A DNA stretch of 64,000 nt, from assembly GCA_034669905.1 (NCBI GenBank), contig JAXMOL010000023.1, forward strand, positions 44,901-108,900, given 5' to 3'. How positions within the stretch are numbered: position 1 is the stretch's first letter; every line of letters starts with the position of its first letter. Source of the DNA: Candidatus Hydrogenedentota bacterium. Lineage in GTDB: Bacteria; Hydrogenedentota; Hydrogenedentia; Hydrogenedentales; JAEUWI01. Under the pieces are notes generated by a model. The model was not told where the DNA came from. It saw only the letters and a list, made by a program, of their open reading frames with translations, and made no database searches. Positions 19,349-28,716 of the stretch are shown piece by piece. The translations under genes were made by a program, and so were the position numbers.

Positions 19349-21376
19349 TCACGCCCCTCCGGCTTCTACCTCCGCCGCTTCACCTTCCTCCTCTTCCTCC
19401 TCCGGATAATCCAGCAGCCCCATAGAGGCGATCAATTGGCTACTGAAGCCTAATTCTCCCGCTGGCTCTACCGGCTCATCACCCTCCTCCTCCTCATCGA
19501 TAGCAAAGTTATAGGCCCCCTGTTCCTCCGGGGCCTCTTCTGGGACGGGGGCAGGTTGGGGTACGTCTTCGTCCGCCGTCGCATTAGCAAGGGGCTTGCC
19601 CGGAGCGGCAATATTCGGACCAGGAACGAAATAGTGCTCCACACCGTTTTTGGAAAGACTGACGTGAACCCGTTGATCGGCCTGTCGTCCGAAGCCCAGC
19701 TCTTCGAGGAACATTTGCAACGAAGTTGGCGCCCCCTGGAAGATGGCTTCCAACTCATCGTTCAAGGCCCCGTCAAAAGGCATTGTTTTTTCCATATGTT
19801 GACTGTCGTCACTATAATCCAGGGTTTCGTTCGGCGTAGTTAGAAAGGCGTACAAATTGGGGTAGACCCGCTCGAAGGCCGCCTGGTGGTGCATGTTGAT
19901 AAATATACCGGGAAAATCCACATAGGCACGCATATTTTCCGTGAAGAGCTTTTCGGCCGGCACAGTGTATTTATTTTTCCCACGGCCGAGGTATTTCTTC
20001 TTCTTTTTCCCCAGGCCACGGTATCCCGTGAACTTTCGCCATTTGTAGTTGAGAATCTTCTCCACGTTTCGGGTTTCGTGATAGTTCGCACGGTTCAACC
20101 AGACGTCCGAGTAGAGTTCTACGATTTGTTCAAGCGCGAGTTGGCCGCCCCCGAACTTTGGCTCTTCCAGGAGATTCTTCTTGAATACCGTTCCGTTGCT
20201 GGTCATAAACTTCCATGCCAGATCAAAAACCAGATGGGGAACGGCCTTCAAGAGGGCTTTCACTTCCGCTTTCTTCGGATCACGGGGTTCCATTCGCAGT
20301 TGGGTACGGTGAATCCCGGGAAAAGGGAGCCATACGACTTCCGTGTCACCGCCATAGCTCACCTGCCCCGCACTCAGGGGCGCAAAGCCCGAGCGCCGCT
20401 CGTCCATGGCCAGGGTGATGACACACTTCTTTACGATAGGCGGCAATGAGCGGTAGTCCTGATCCCCCGGAACCGTGGGAAAGGTCTCGTCGATCTCATC
20501 GCTACCGCCCCACGAGCCTTGTTTCCCAAAACGGCCTGGAACCGGGTCGATGGCGAATACGTTCAGGGCGACGGCATCGGCCTCCACCGCTTTGTGGCGA
20601 AGGCCCAAGTTGGGATACTCAACGAGGTCCTGTGAGCTATCCTCATACTTTTGCGCGACTTCAAAAGGACGACCCTCCACAAAAAACTTATGGATCGCCG
20701 TGGAGAGTTTTATGGTCGTCACCGCGCCACGACTCCAGCCAATGAGATTGATGACGTCTGGGAACAAGTCCTCCTTGAGGAGCTCATTCAAGACGAAGAG
20801 CGCGTGGGCGACGTTGTCGTTCCACCCGTCACCGTAGACATCGCCCCGATGCTTTTGACTCCCGCTGGCCTTACTGGCGCCGGTGTGTCCGTCGATCCAC
20901 ATCTCCGAGACACGATGGTTAAAGTCCCGGGTGGTGTTGCTTGTTGATGGCTTCATGACTTTTTCGAAACTGCACGGCCAGAAATCACCGGGCATCGGGT
21001 GGGGTGGTCCCATTTGCCCCAGGTCTTTCCCATCGGGCCCGGCACTGGTCTGGTGGTCGGAACGCCCCACACCATCCAGTATCAGAAAAGAACGGTGGTA
21101 GTGTTTCTTATAGTACTCATTCGCCGCTTCCCCCCCGTCTTGCACGGCGCCCCGGTCCCAATAGGCCGAATGGAACTCCGTCACAAGCTCTTTGCAATGC
21201 CCATAACGGTGCCCGCCCGTTCCATGGCAGAAGATGCTGAACACGCGGGGCATCTTGAAGAGATGCCGGCTGTTGATGGCATAGGTTTTTCGATTTTCCC
21301 CTTCTTTCTCGTAGAATTGGAAGTTGCCATCGTCGTCCTGATAGCTCTTTACCGGATAATAGCGGTCGTCTGGCAT
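19349..21376 (-). CDS. Tle1/DUF2235-like alpha/beta-hydrolase (putative phospholipase effector)
   Basis: FCHGTG, ILDGVG, GWSRGA nucleophile elbow, AIDPVPG, AMDERRSGF, WLPFPGIH. ATG 21376 follows a GGGAG RBS; alternative start 21424. Confidence 0.75.
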   Translation of the reverse strand: MPDDRYYPVKSYQDDDGNFQFYEKEGENRKTYAINSRHLFKMPRVFSIFCHGTGGHRYGHCKELVTEFHSAYWDRGAVQDGGEAANEYYKKHYHRSFLILDGVGRSDHQTSAGPDGKDLGQMGPPHPMPGDFWPCSFEKVMKPSTSNTTRDFNHRVSEMWIDGHTGASKASGSQKHRGDVYGDGWNDNVAHALFVLNELLKEDLFPDVINLIGWSRGAVTTIKLSTAIHKFFVEGRPFEVAQKYEDSSQDLVEYPNLGLRHKAVEADAVALNVFAIDPVPGRFGKQGSWGGSDEIDETFPTVPGDQDYRSLPPIVKKCVITLAMDERRSGFAPLSAGQVSYGGDTEVVWLPFPGIHRTQLRMEPRDPKKAEVKALLKAVPHLVFDLAWKFMTSNGTVFKKNLLEEPKFGGGQLALEQIVELYSDVWLNRANYHETRNVEKILNYKWRKFTGYRGLGKKKKKYLGRGKNKYTVPAEKLFTENMRAYVDFPGIFINMHHQAAFERVYPNLYAFLTTPNETLDYSDDSQHMEKTMPFDGALNDELEAIFQGAPTSLQMFLEELGFGRQADQRVHVSLSKNGVEHYFVPGPNIAAPGKPLANATADEDVPQPAPVPEEAPEEQGAYNFAIDEEEEGDEPVEPAGELGFSSQLIASMGLLDYPEEEEEEGEAAEVEAGGA

Positions 21377-21439
21377 TTCTATCTCCCTGTATGAGACGTA
21401 AAAAACTCTGGCCATCGCGGCCACGTGTCCTGCTACGGA

Positions 21440-22750
21440 CTACTCGATGGGTGGAGCGAAGGCAACCTCACATTCATCACCAACAAAGATGGGTACCAAT
21501 GCCTGGCCCGCAGCATCCAGACTCCCGGTATAGACGGAGTTCCTGCCCACCACCTTCAACTCATACCGCCAGTTGGCGGCGGGATCGCCTAAGGGATCCA
21601 GCGCTTCGAGTTTCACCCAGTTCCCACGAATACGCTCCGCCGCAAAATTATCCACTGTGGAGGGCGGAAGAAATACGATCTCACATTCCGTGATATCCGC
21701 TTCCTCGACCATCACAAGGGCACTCCCCACCCCGTCCAGTGCCCCGGTGTACATCGGCTCCTCCCCATTTCCCGGAGCATAGATTTCGTAGCGCCAGGAG
21801 GATGCCGGATTCCCCAGACTGTCGAGTAATTCCAGCTTGATCCAGTCCGGCGCATTGAGCACCGCCTCTGACGGCACATCGTTGTACTCCGTAGGGAAAA
21901 CGACGTGGCAGGCGGCCAGCTCAACACCGGCGGGCACGTCATCCTGGGTGATGCGGGCAAACCCGTCATCATCCAAACGCCCCGCTTTCAACAGATAGGG
22001 GTCGGCCGCGGCACCACCGGCTTCTTCCCCATCCACAGCCGCACCGTCCGCTTCCACCCCTGCAGCACCATCGGCATCCGGATTTGCCTCGGCATCACCC
22101 GCAGGCTCTTCTCCGTTTTCCTCTCGGGGAAATTCGAGTCTGTAGGGATGGCCTTTCGCCGCCTCCCCGTTGGCGTCGAGGAGCTTTATCTCTATCCAAG
22201 GCTTCGGCGGAATAAACACGATGCAGGTAGTCGACTCACCTTCCACCACGACGACGCGATTTTCGTCTTCGTTCGGGGGCATGTGAGAGTCTGCGAAGTC
22301 TTCCGGAAGTACCGGTACGCTGATCTCATACGTCCCTGCGGGCTCAAAGGGATTGAGGATGGCCGACCCATTCGCCTCGTTGGTCACCATGCTCTTGTCG
22401 GCGGGCCGCTGTTCTGCCGCGCCATCCGGTTGGACACCCTCTGGCCCATCTGCCGGGCCGTCTTCCGCTGCTTCAGCGTCGTCTTCTTCCAGACGCAGTT
22501 CCACATTTGCGTTGCCCACAAACTCGTTGGTATCCGACGTGGCGAGGAGAATTCCCAAAGCCGTTGGCGGCCCACCTCCACATTGGGCTGCGGGAGCTCC
22601 CGCGTCCGCATCCGCGCCGGGCGACGCATCCACCTCCGTCTTCAAGTCCGCTTCAATCGCACCCCAATCCGGTCCTGAAGTAGCCGTTGTGTTCCCGTCT
22701 GCCTCCCCGGCTCCGGGCTCTGTCGCCCCCGCGGGCGGAGTGCCAGCCAT
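21440..22750 (-). CDS. Acidic protein with three transthyretin/carboxypeptidase-regulatory-like repeats (VgrG C-tail-like)
   Basis: Three repeats W[IV]x[IL]xxLDxxGxxAxxxY...GxLDxxGxA...Cx[IV]xF; GGGAG RBS. Confidence 0.7.
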   Translation of the reverse strand: MAGTPPAGATEPGAGEADGNTTATSGPDWGAIEADLKTEVDASPGADADAGAPAAQCGGGPPTALGILLATSDTNEFVGNANVELRLEEDDAEAAEDGPADGPEGVQPDGAAEQRPADKSMVTNEANGSAILNPFEPAGTYEISVPVLPEDFADSHMPPNEDENRVVVVEGESTTCIVFIPPKPWIEIKLLDANGEAAKGHPYRLEFPREENGEEPAGDAEANPDADGAAGVEADGAAVDGEEAGGAAADPYLLKAGRLDDDGFARITQDDVPAGVELAACHVVFPTEYNDVPSEAVLNAPDWIKLELLDSLGNPASSWRYEIYAPGNGEEPMYTGALDGVGSALVMVEEADITECEIVFLPPSTVDNFAAERIRGNWVKLEALDPLGDPAANWRYELKVVGRNSVYTGSLDAAGQALVPIFVGDECEVAFAPPIE

Positions 22751-22774
22751 AACATGCTCCCACGTGTTGATCTA

Positions 22775-23143
22775 TCAGGCAGTGCTTTTCACCGAGCGCT
22801 CTTCGTGTGCGGAGAGCATCTTGAAAATAAAGCCCAGACGCACAGAACCCTCCATCTTCTTATCCCCCAACAGGCGGCGTGCCCACGCCAATTCCTCGTC
22901 CTCATGCAGGCCACGCCCCAGCCCTCTCTCCAGGGTCAGGTACATGGACAGCTCGCGCTCCGTCGTCAAGCCATAGCTCCGCGCCCGAGCGATTCCGTCA
23001 CGGATTTCGGTATCCAATTCCGGGTCGGACATTGCACCACATTCATCGGGAAACTGTTTCCGCAGAAACTCCGTCATGCGTGCGCGAAAAGCGACCATGC
23101 GATCGTCGGAAAACATCTGTATCTGTCGTCGTCGAATTATCAT
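22775..23143 (-). CDS. Small protein resembling the C-terminal region of DUF4123 T6SS adaptors
   Basis: IRRRQIQMF..F..RM..FL..FP...IRDGIARARSYGLTTE...WARRLL pattern. Confidence 0.6.
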   Translation of the reverse strand: MIIRRRQIQMFSDDRMVAFRARMTEFLRKQFPDECGAMSDPELDTEIRDGIARARSYGLTTERELSMYLTLERGLGRGLHEDEELAWARRLLGDKKMEGSVRLGFIFKMLSAHEERSVKSTA

Positions 23144-23293
23144 GCCGAATCACTATTCCCAGATTACTCAGATTCTCGCCCAATGCATGACAGACTACAA
23201 GACTATGTAATTGATTTCAAGCAATTTCCCATCTACCTCACGTTTCTTATTCTCGGCCGTCGCAAGGAGAACGAACGTGCTTTCTGGCGGCAA

Positions 23294-25141
23294 TCAGGGG
23301 TGAAGTTGCTTCAAGAGGATATTCCCATCGCCATCGCCATCCATCCAAACCGCCCCGCTACACCCGAAGGCCTGCGGCACAAATTCCGGAGAGGTGGGTT
23401 GATAGGGCTTGGCCATGGGCCACCACGGCCCCGTGACGCCTGGTCCGGTGGCAAGCGCCACAAGGTGCACATCGTGCTGCGGGCGGTCGATGGTCCAGTG
23501 TCCTGTCCAGATGACCCCAGGAAACTGACCGACTTGTCGACGGATGCTTTCCTCCCGCACCAGCTTCCCGTTGGCATAGAGCTGCACGCTCGAGGCTTCC
23601 ACCCAGTGAGGGCCCAGGACACGTATCCCCACGTTGACCTCTCGGGCGTCCTCATCGAGGGAGAGCTGGTCTCCCGATTGAACGGCACCATTGACCTTCA
23701 GATCCACGAGCAGACCATAGCTCACCAAGACCCGCCCGGCCACAAAGGCTTCCATGGCAGCGTCCACGTCGATTGCGCCCGGGTCACGGTCGTTCACCCG
23801 GATGTAGGTTCGCCCCTGGCCCACGATGTACCGGCTTACATCGTGGGAATCACTGCTGCCCACGGGCGTCATGACGTGCCCCCGATTGAGTTGGGTCATC
23901 CAATCGCGGGTCAGTTGCAATAAATCGGTCTGGGTCGCCCCGGAATTGAGCACCTCCATGGCGTTGGCTTGCAGACGCCACCCATTACGATGCGCACCCG
24001 TGGTCGCGTCATAGACGGCGGGGCCAAAGGGCCGAAATCCACCGTGAATGTCCCGGGCATGATTCAGGATGATGGCCCGCACACCGGGTGTTTCGCCGAT
24101 GGCACGGAACACATCATCCCAGTGCTTCCCGCTGGCGTCAGGAACCGACGCTGCAGCCGTTACGGGAAAGATATTGAAATGGCCCACGGCGGTTGTCACT
24201 TCGTTTCCCATTACCGGGGTGAAGTGAGACCGGACGCCAACGGCACGGGCAGCCGCTTCATAGTCGATATGGACGTTGTGGTCCGTCGCAACAGGCAGCT
24301 CTATCCCTTCGCCCGCCAGGGTGATCATGCGCTCTTCCATGGTGGCGTCGCCGTGGCCCGAATGGGTCACGGTGTGCATATGGGGGTCACAGGCCACATA
24401 GCCTTCGGTGGGCACCTCCCGACGGATCGTCAGGTTTACCGTGGCCATAGCGCCCGGCGCGAGCGATACCTCTTGCTGGTCAAGGCTGTATTCAAACCCC
24501 CGCCCGCCGTAGACCTTGTAGTCTCCCGCGGGCAGCATGACACGGCCCTGGCCTGTCGCCGTATACACCACCCCATTTCGAATGGCCATCGTGGCATTGG
24601 AGGTACTTCCCAGGGGCATCAGGACCCCCTCCTCATTTACGAGGGTAATGCGGCCAGGAAGCAACGCGCCGCCATCCTCATCCCGAATGGTAAAGGCCAA
24701 TGCGGAACTCGCCAACACCTGGGCCCGGGGAGCTCGAAGGAGTCTGAATTCTCCCACGCGGATGTCATCCACCGAAAAGCGTTTCCCGGCATGCTGCATT
24801 ACGGCCAGGCGATTTTCCCCCGCCCGCAGGGCACCGGCGGGTATTTCCAGGCAGTGGATCTGGTCTTGCTCATCTTCCAGCAAGGTCCCCATCACTGCCC
24901 CGTTCAGCCAGACCTCCCATCGGGTCTTCACATCCTGCTGCCGCCATTGCAGGGTCCAGGGCACCGCATTGGGTTTCGATTCAAAGGTGAGTTCGTAGGA
25001 AGGCCCATGGGGTGCCGCCGAAAAGGTGCTCCACTCCGCCGTGTCGCCGAGCCGCAGGTGATAGCGCCCTCCGTCCAACACGAGGGCCTCGGCAGCGGCC
25101 ACGAAGAGCCCGAAGCACAAGATGGTGACGCGCCCGGTCAT
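23294..25141 (-). CDS. Secreted CehA/McbA-family (PHP-domain) metallohydrolase
   Basis: DPHMHT, TDHN, GNEVTT..GHFN, NH, EVLN, GSSDSH motifs; signal peptide. Confidence 0.85.
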   Translation of the reverse strand: MTGRVTILCFGLFVAAAEALVLDGGRYHLRLGDTAEWSTFSAAPHGPSYELTFESKPNAVPWTLQWRQQDVKTRWEVWLNGAVMGTLLEDEQDQIHCLEIPAGALRAGENRLAVMQHAGKRFSVDDIRVGEFRLLRAPRAQVLASSALAFTIRDEDGGALLPGRITLVNEEGVLMPLGSTSNATMAIRNGVVYTATGQGRVMLPAGDYKVYGGRGFEYSLDQQEVSLAPGAMATVNLTIRREVPTEGYVACDPHMHTVTHSGHGDATMEERMITLAGEGIELPVATDHNVHIDYEAAARAVGVRSHFTPVMGNEVTTAVGHFNIFPVTAAASVPDASGKHWDDVFRAIGETPGVRAIILNHARDIHGGFRPFGPAVYDATTGAHRNGWRLQANAMEVLNSGATQTDLLQLTRDWMTQLNRGHVMTPVGSSDSHDVSRYIVGQGRTYIRVNDRDPGAIDVDAAMEAFVAGRVLVSYGLLVDLKVNGAVQSGDQLSLDEDAREVNVGIRVLGPHWVEASSVQLYANGKLVREESIRRQVGQFPGVIWTGHWTIDRPQHDVHLVALATGPGVTGPWWPMAKPYQPTSPEFVPQAFGCSGAVWMDGDGDGNILLKQLHP

Positions 25142-26559
25142 GACGGCGTCTTCCGTGGCTGGAAATCAGGATACAATCGTGTCACGCAATCGGGGCATAT
25201 ACTGTGACTGAAGTCGGCGTCGGTACGCTGGGAAACATAGGTCTCCACGGCGTGCCAGTCACCGGATTCATCGCGAATATTCTTGCAACTACTGCAGACC
25301 GGCAACAGACCCTCCAGGGTCTTCACCTCGTTCAATGCTTTCTCGAGTTCTGCCGTTCGTGCCATCACCTGTTGCTCCAGGAGGGCCCGTTGTCGGGCTG
25401 AGCGGAGGCGGATCTGTTTGGTCAAGGTGAACGACCACAACACGGAAGCGGCCAGGGCTGCGACGTGCATGAAGTTCATGGTATACACGTTATCGGGCAC
25501 GAGCTCCAGATAGACGCTGGCAAACATAATTTCACCCACCATGACCATGCCCCAGGATATGAGGAAAAGCCCGATGGGCACGCCTCCCCGCCGAGAAGAT
25601 TGCAGGGCAATGGCGACCACGAGGCAGGGCGCGATGATCACGAAGGCAAGGACCCCGTAGAGTACCGCCGGATAGCCTGCAAGGGAAAGGAGACCAAACA
25701 GCGTTCCGCCCGTGATAACCGCCGAAGCGACGCGGGCAAGGCCGGGGGCATATTTCCACGCACGCAGAAAGCACATGGAGAAACACATGCCAATTCCCAG
25801 GCACAAGACACCCGTAAAAGTAAGGGCATGGTTGGCCCAGGTGCTTGGCTCGGTCCATATCAGCATGTTGGCCGTGCCGCTGAAGGTCATTTGATTCAAG
25901 GTGAGCGCCATCAGCAGGAGAAAGAGCCAGAGATAGACCTCTTGTCGCAGGCCGGCGAAAATGCACAGGTGGTAGATGGCGAGCCCAAGTAGCGCACCGG
26001 CGAGGACGATATTTAGCGCTATCCACCGGATGGCCCGCTCGCGGAGGATATCGGCCGGCCCCACATTGGCCCGAAAGCGCAGGGCCCCATAGTGCTGCAC
26101 GCGGAGATAGAAGGTCGTCGGAGCGACCGCTTGCAGTTCCAGCGGGAAGGTGGGATTGAGCGACACAACGGGACGCGTCCAGAACGGCTCCGTGACCCCC
26201 ACGGTTTGGGATTGATAGGTACCATCGTCCAGGGGAGAGAACAGGGTAACTGAAAGCAGTTGCGGATTGCTCAGCTCGAGCGAGAGGCCCTGTTGCGTTG
26301 GGCCTACCTCGAAGCGAAACCAGTGGGGTTCCTTGGTGTACCCCAGATGGATATCTTCCGTGCGCACTTCCTGGAAATTGGCCGCGTTGGCCCCATGTGC
26401 CACCGCATCGATGTCGTCAGGAGTCTGCCCCGGTGTCAACACCTGGATTTGGGGTGTGACATTCACCACGTCACCTTCGGCCATTCCACCGACGGCCGCG
26501 CAAACGGGAAAGAGCCCCCAGATCAGGGCACCACACACGACGCCAACCCACTTCCACAT
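25138..26559 (-). CDS. 7TM-DISM receptor (DISMED2 + 7TM) with C-terminal Cys-rich tail
   Basis: LGYTKEPHWFRF, PFWTRPV..PTFPL, seven hydrophobic segments, coiled coil, LLPVCSSCKNIRD...FSHSICPDC; GGAGG RBS before 26559. Confidence 0.85.
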   Translation of the reverse strand: MWKWVGVVCGALIWGLFPVCAAVGGMAEGDVVNVTPQIQVLTPGQTPDDIDAVAHGANAANFQEVRTEDIHLGYTKEPHWFRFEVGPTQQGLSLELSNPQLLSVTLFSPLDDGTYQSQTVGVTEPFWTRPVVSLNPTFPLELQAVAPTTFYLRVQHYGALRFRANVGPADILRERAIRWIALNIVLAGALLGLAIYHLCIFAGLRQEVYLWLFLLLMALTLNQMTFSGTANMLIWTEPSTWANHALTFTGVLCLGIGMCFSMCFLRAWKYAPGLARVASAVITGGTLFGLLSLAGYPAVLYGVLAFVIIAPCLVVAIALQSSRRGGVPIGLFLISWGMVMVGEIMFASVYLELVPDNVYTMNFMHVAALAASVLWSFTLTKQIRLRSARQRALLEQQVMARTAELEKALNEVKTLEGLLPVCSSCKNIRDESGDWHAVETYVSQRTDADFSHSICPDCVTRLYPDFQPRKTPS

Positions 26560-26652
26560 AGCTATGCCCTCCAACGCGTACAGCCGCCGAGAATCTAATG
26601 ACAATTTCCGGGCATTTTAGCATGGAGTATGGTATGGATTAACCCTAATACG

Positions 26653-28251
26653 TCATTTTTGCCCTTCGTTGGAGAATTTATAGGCGTAGAGGTCTGCATC
26701 GCGCAGCTGTACCCGCAGCCGCACGGGCTGTCCGGCCAACCCGCCCACGTCGGTATTACCGCCCCAGGTCACCACCCGGTCCACCGTGTCGCCAAAGAGT
26801 TCGTCACAATCATCTATGGCGTAGCCTGCGATGGGACTGCCGTCGGCGTGTTCCAACGCCACCTTGAGGGAACCTGCCGCCGATGTGGCGAAATTGAGCG
26901 TCAGTTGGGACCCCTCGAACAGGATAGGCTTGGTAATCAACTCGCCCCCTTCCATGGGGGCACTCACCGACACGAAGCCGTCCAGCCGAAGGGTATAACG
27001 CCGCAAGGTACTCCCTGCGCCATGCCAGAAGCCTTCGGCCGCATAGAGGGAAAGCTCGTTGGCCGCACCGGGCATATGGGACTTCGTCTCCACCGCGTGC
27101 CACGCGATAAACTGCTGGCCATACTGCCACGCATCGGGACGCTCCGGACCGGGGCGCATGAAGGCTTCGTTCCACCGCGTGAAGTGGACGCCGTCACGAC
27201 TACTCATGACGAGTCCCTCACTTAAGCCCGTGCCATAGCGCTCTTGGGAGGAGGCGCGCATTTCCCGGCCCGGGAGGTTGGGCAGATCCCGCATGGACTG
27301 GGACCAGCCCCGCTCGATATAGCGCGCGGGGAAACCCAGTAAGATATGGGGCGCGCGGTGATAGTGCTTTATCTGGTTGGTGTAGAGCTCGTCGTCCGGC
27401 GAATCTTCATAGCTCAGGTCGGTGAGGGGTCCCCAGTTGACCATGTCGTCGGAAGTGGCCGTGCGAATGGCCCGATAGCCCGCGGGCTTCCACACGTCCG
27501 TGGTGGTGGTGCCTTCGGAGAATACGCGCCAGTAGGCCCGGTATTGCTTGATAGTGGGATCCCAGAAGGTCAGATTCTGCGAATCAAAGGCGCCGATGCC
27601 CTGCAAGACGGGCGCTTCACTCATGGGCGTCCAATGGAGTCCGTCGGGTGACTTGAAAGGCCACATGCCGAGGGGTTTGGGCGAGCGAATAAAAGCCTTA
27701 TACCGCGCATCAGCTGGTGCATCGGGATTCTCATCGAGGAATACTGCCGCGTGGGCCGCATCGGCTTCCACCCCGCCCACGAGCCCCACCTTCATGACGA
27801 TATTGTTCTCGGTGGAACCGTTGTGCTCCACCAACCCGAGATTGGGCTTGGTCCAATGGATGCCATCATCGCTCTCGGCATAACAAAGATAATAGGGGTG
27901 GCGCCCCACACTGAGCTTCCCGCCTTCGAGCACTTCGAGATGGCGGCCATTGTAATACATCCGGTATTTGTCGCCATCCTGAAAGACATTGTGATAGCCA
28001 CAGCCCGTGCCCTCCCAGTCCGCATCATGCTCCACGGCTACTTCTCGTGCCACGGGATGATGAAGCTGCTGGCGCGCGTCTCCGGAAAGGGACGCGATGA
28101 GGGCGTTGTCGATGAAGAGTTCACGACGACTGCCGATGTCGGTGGGATCGGCTGCGGCGGTCAGTGCTTGCAAGACCATCGCGCCGCAAAAGGCGATAAC
28201 CAGAAAGCGGGCTCTCGTGTTCACACTACCGTACGTCCTCACGTTCAACAT
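26653..28251 (-). CDS. Secreted five-bladed beta-propeller glycosidase-like protein (GH32/43/130 clan-like)
   Basis: IGSRRELFID; repeated YAESDDGIHW / SPDGLHW / SRDGVHF; AFDSQN; LRLDGFVSV. Confidence 0.8.
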   Translation of the reverse strand: MLNVRTYGSVNTRARFLVIAFCGAMVLQALTAAADPTDIGSRRELFIDNALIASLSGDARQQLHHPVAREVAVEHDADWEGTGCGYHNVFQDGDKYRMYYNGRHLEVLEGGKLSVGRHPYYLCYAESDDGIHWTKPNLGLVEHNGSTENNIVMKVGLVGGVEADAAHAAVFLDENPDAPADARYKAFIRSPKPLGMWPFKSPDGLHWTPMSEAPVLQGIGAFDSQNLTFWDPTIKQYRAYWRVFSEGTTTTDVWKPAGYRAIRTATSDDMVNWGPLTDLSYEDSPDDELYTNQIKHYHRAPHILLGFPARYIERGWSQSMRDLPNLPGREMRASSQERYGTGLSEGLVMSSRDGVHFTRWNEAFMRPGPERPDAWQYGQQFIAWHAVETKSHMPGAANELSLYAAEGFWHGAGSTLRRYTLRLDGFVSVSAPMEGGELITKPILFEGSQLTLNFATSAAGSLKVALEHADGSPIAGYAIDDCDELFGDTVDRVVTWGGNTDVGGLAGQPVRLRVQLRDADLYAYKFSNEGQK

Positions 28252-28716
28252 AGAAAATGCCCTTCATCGCTGAGCTTTGGTTCACGTCAATAGCTTCGAA
28301 TCGTGCTGCCATGGTAGACCATAAGCATTGGTTATAACAACACCGTCATACGAGCCAATCGCATCAAGCATCTTCACCCGGCGGGTACACTATTCGTCCG
28401 TTACACGAGCTCGGAGTCGTTGCGAGCGTCGCAGAGAACACTGCGTCAAGAGTGATTTGGTGTTCGTGCACATGGAGTAGACGGGACTCCGCCCCTTTAC
28501 TAGAACAACTGCTTTTATTTGTCGTTGCGATGGCGAATTCCACAACCCTTTCGCAAACCACAGGACAGCCACACCCGGCAAGGTCAGGAACCTCACTCAG
28601 GAAAAGATGCTAGCTGAGTCCTCTTAGCATGGCGTCCCCGGTTTTGGGTGAGGCAGTCCCTACGACGCAGGCTCCTTTCCTACCATGGGGCATGCGGGTA
28701 AGACGTTGGGGGCCTT

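Noticed and set aside
28252..28716. 465-bp intergenic gap as a possible riboswitch or ncRNA
   Set aside because: I could not recognise a riboswitch consensus or a convincing long stem by eye; an Rfam search is needed.
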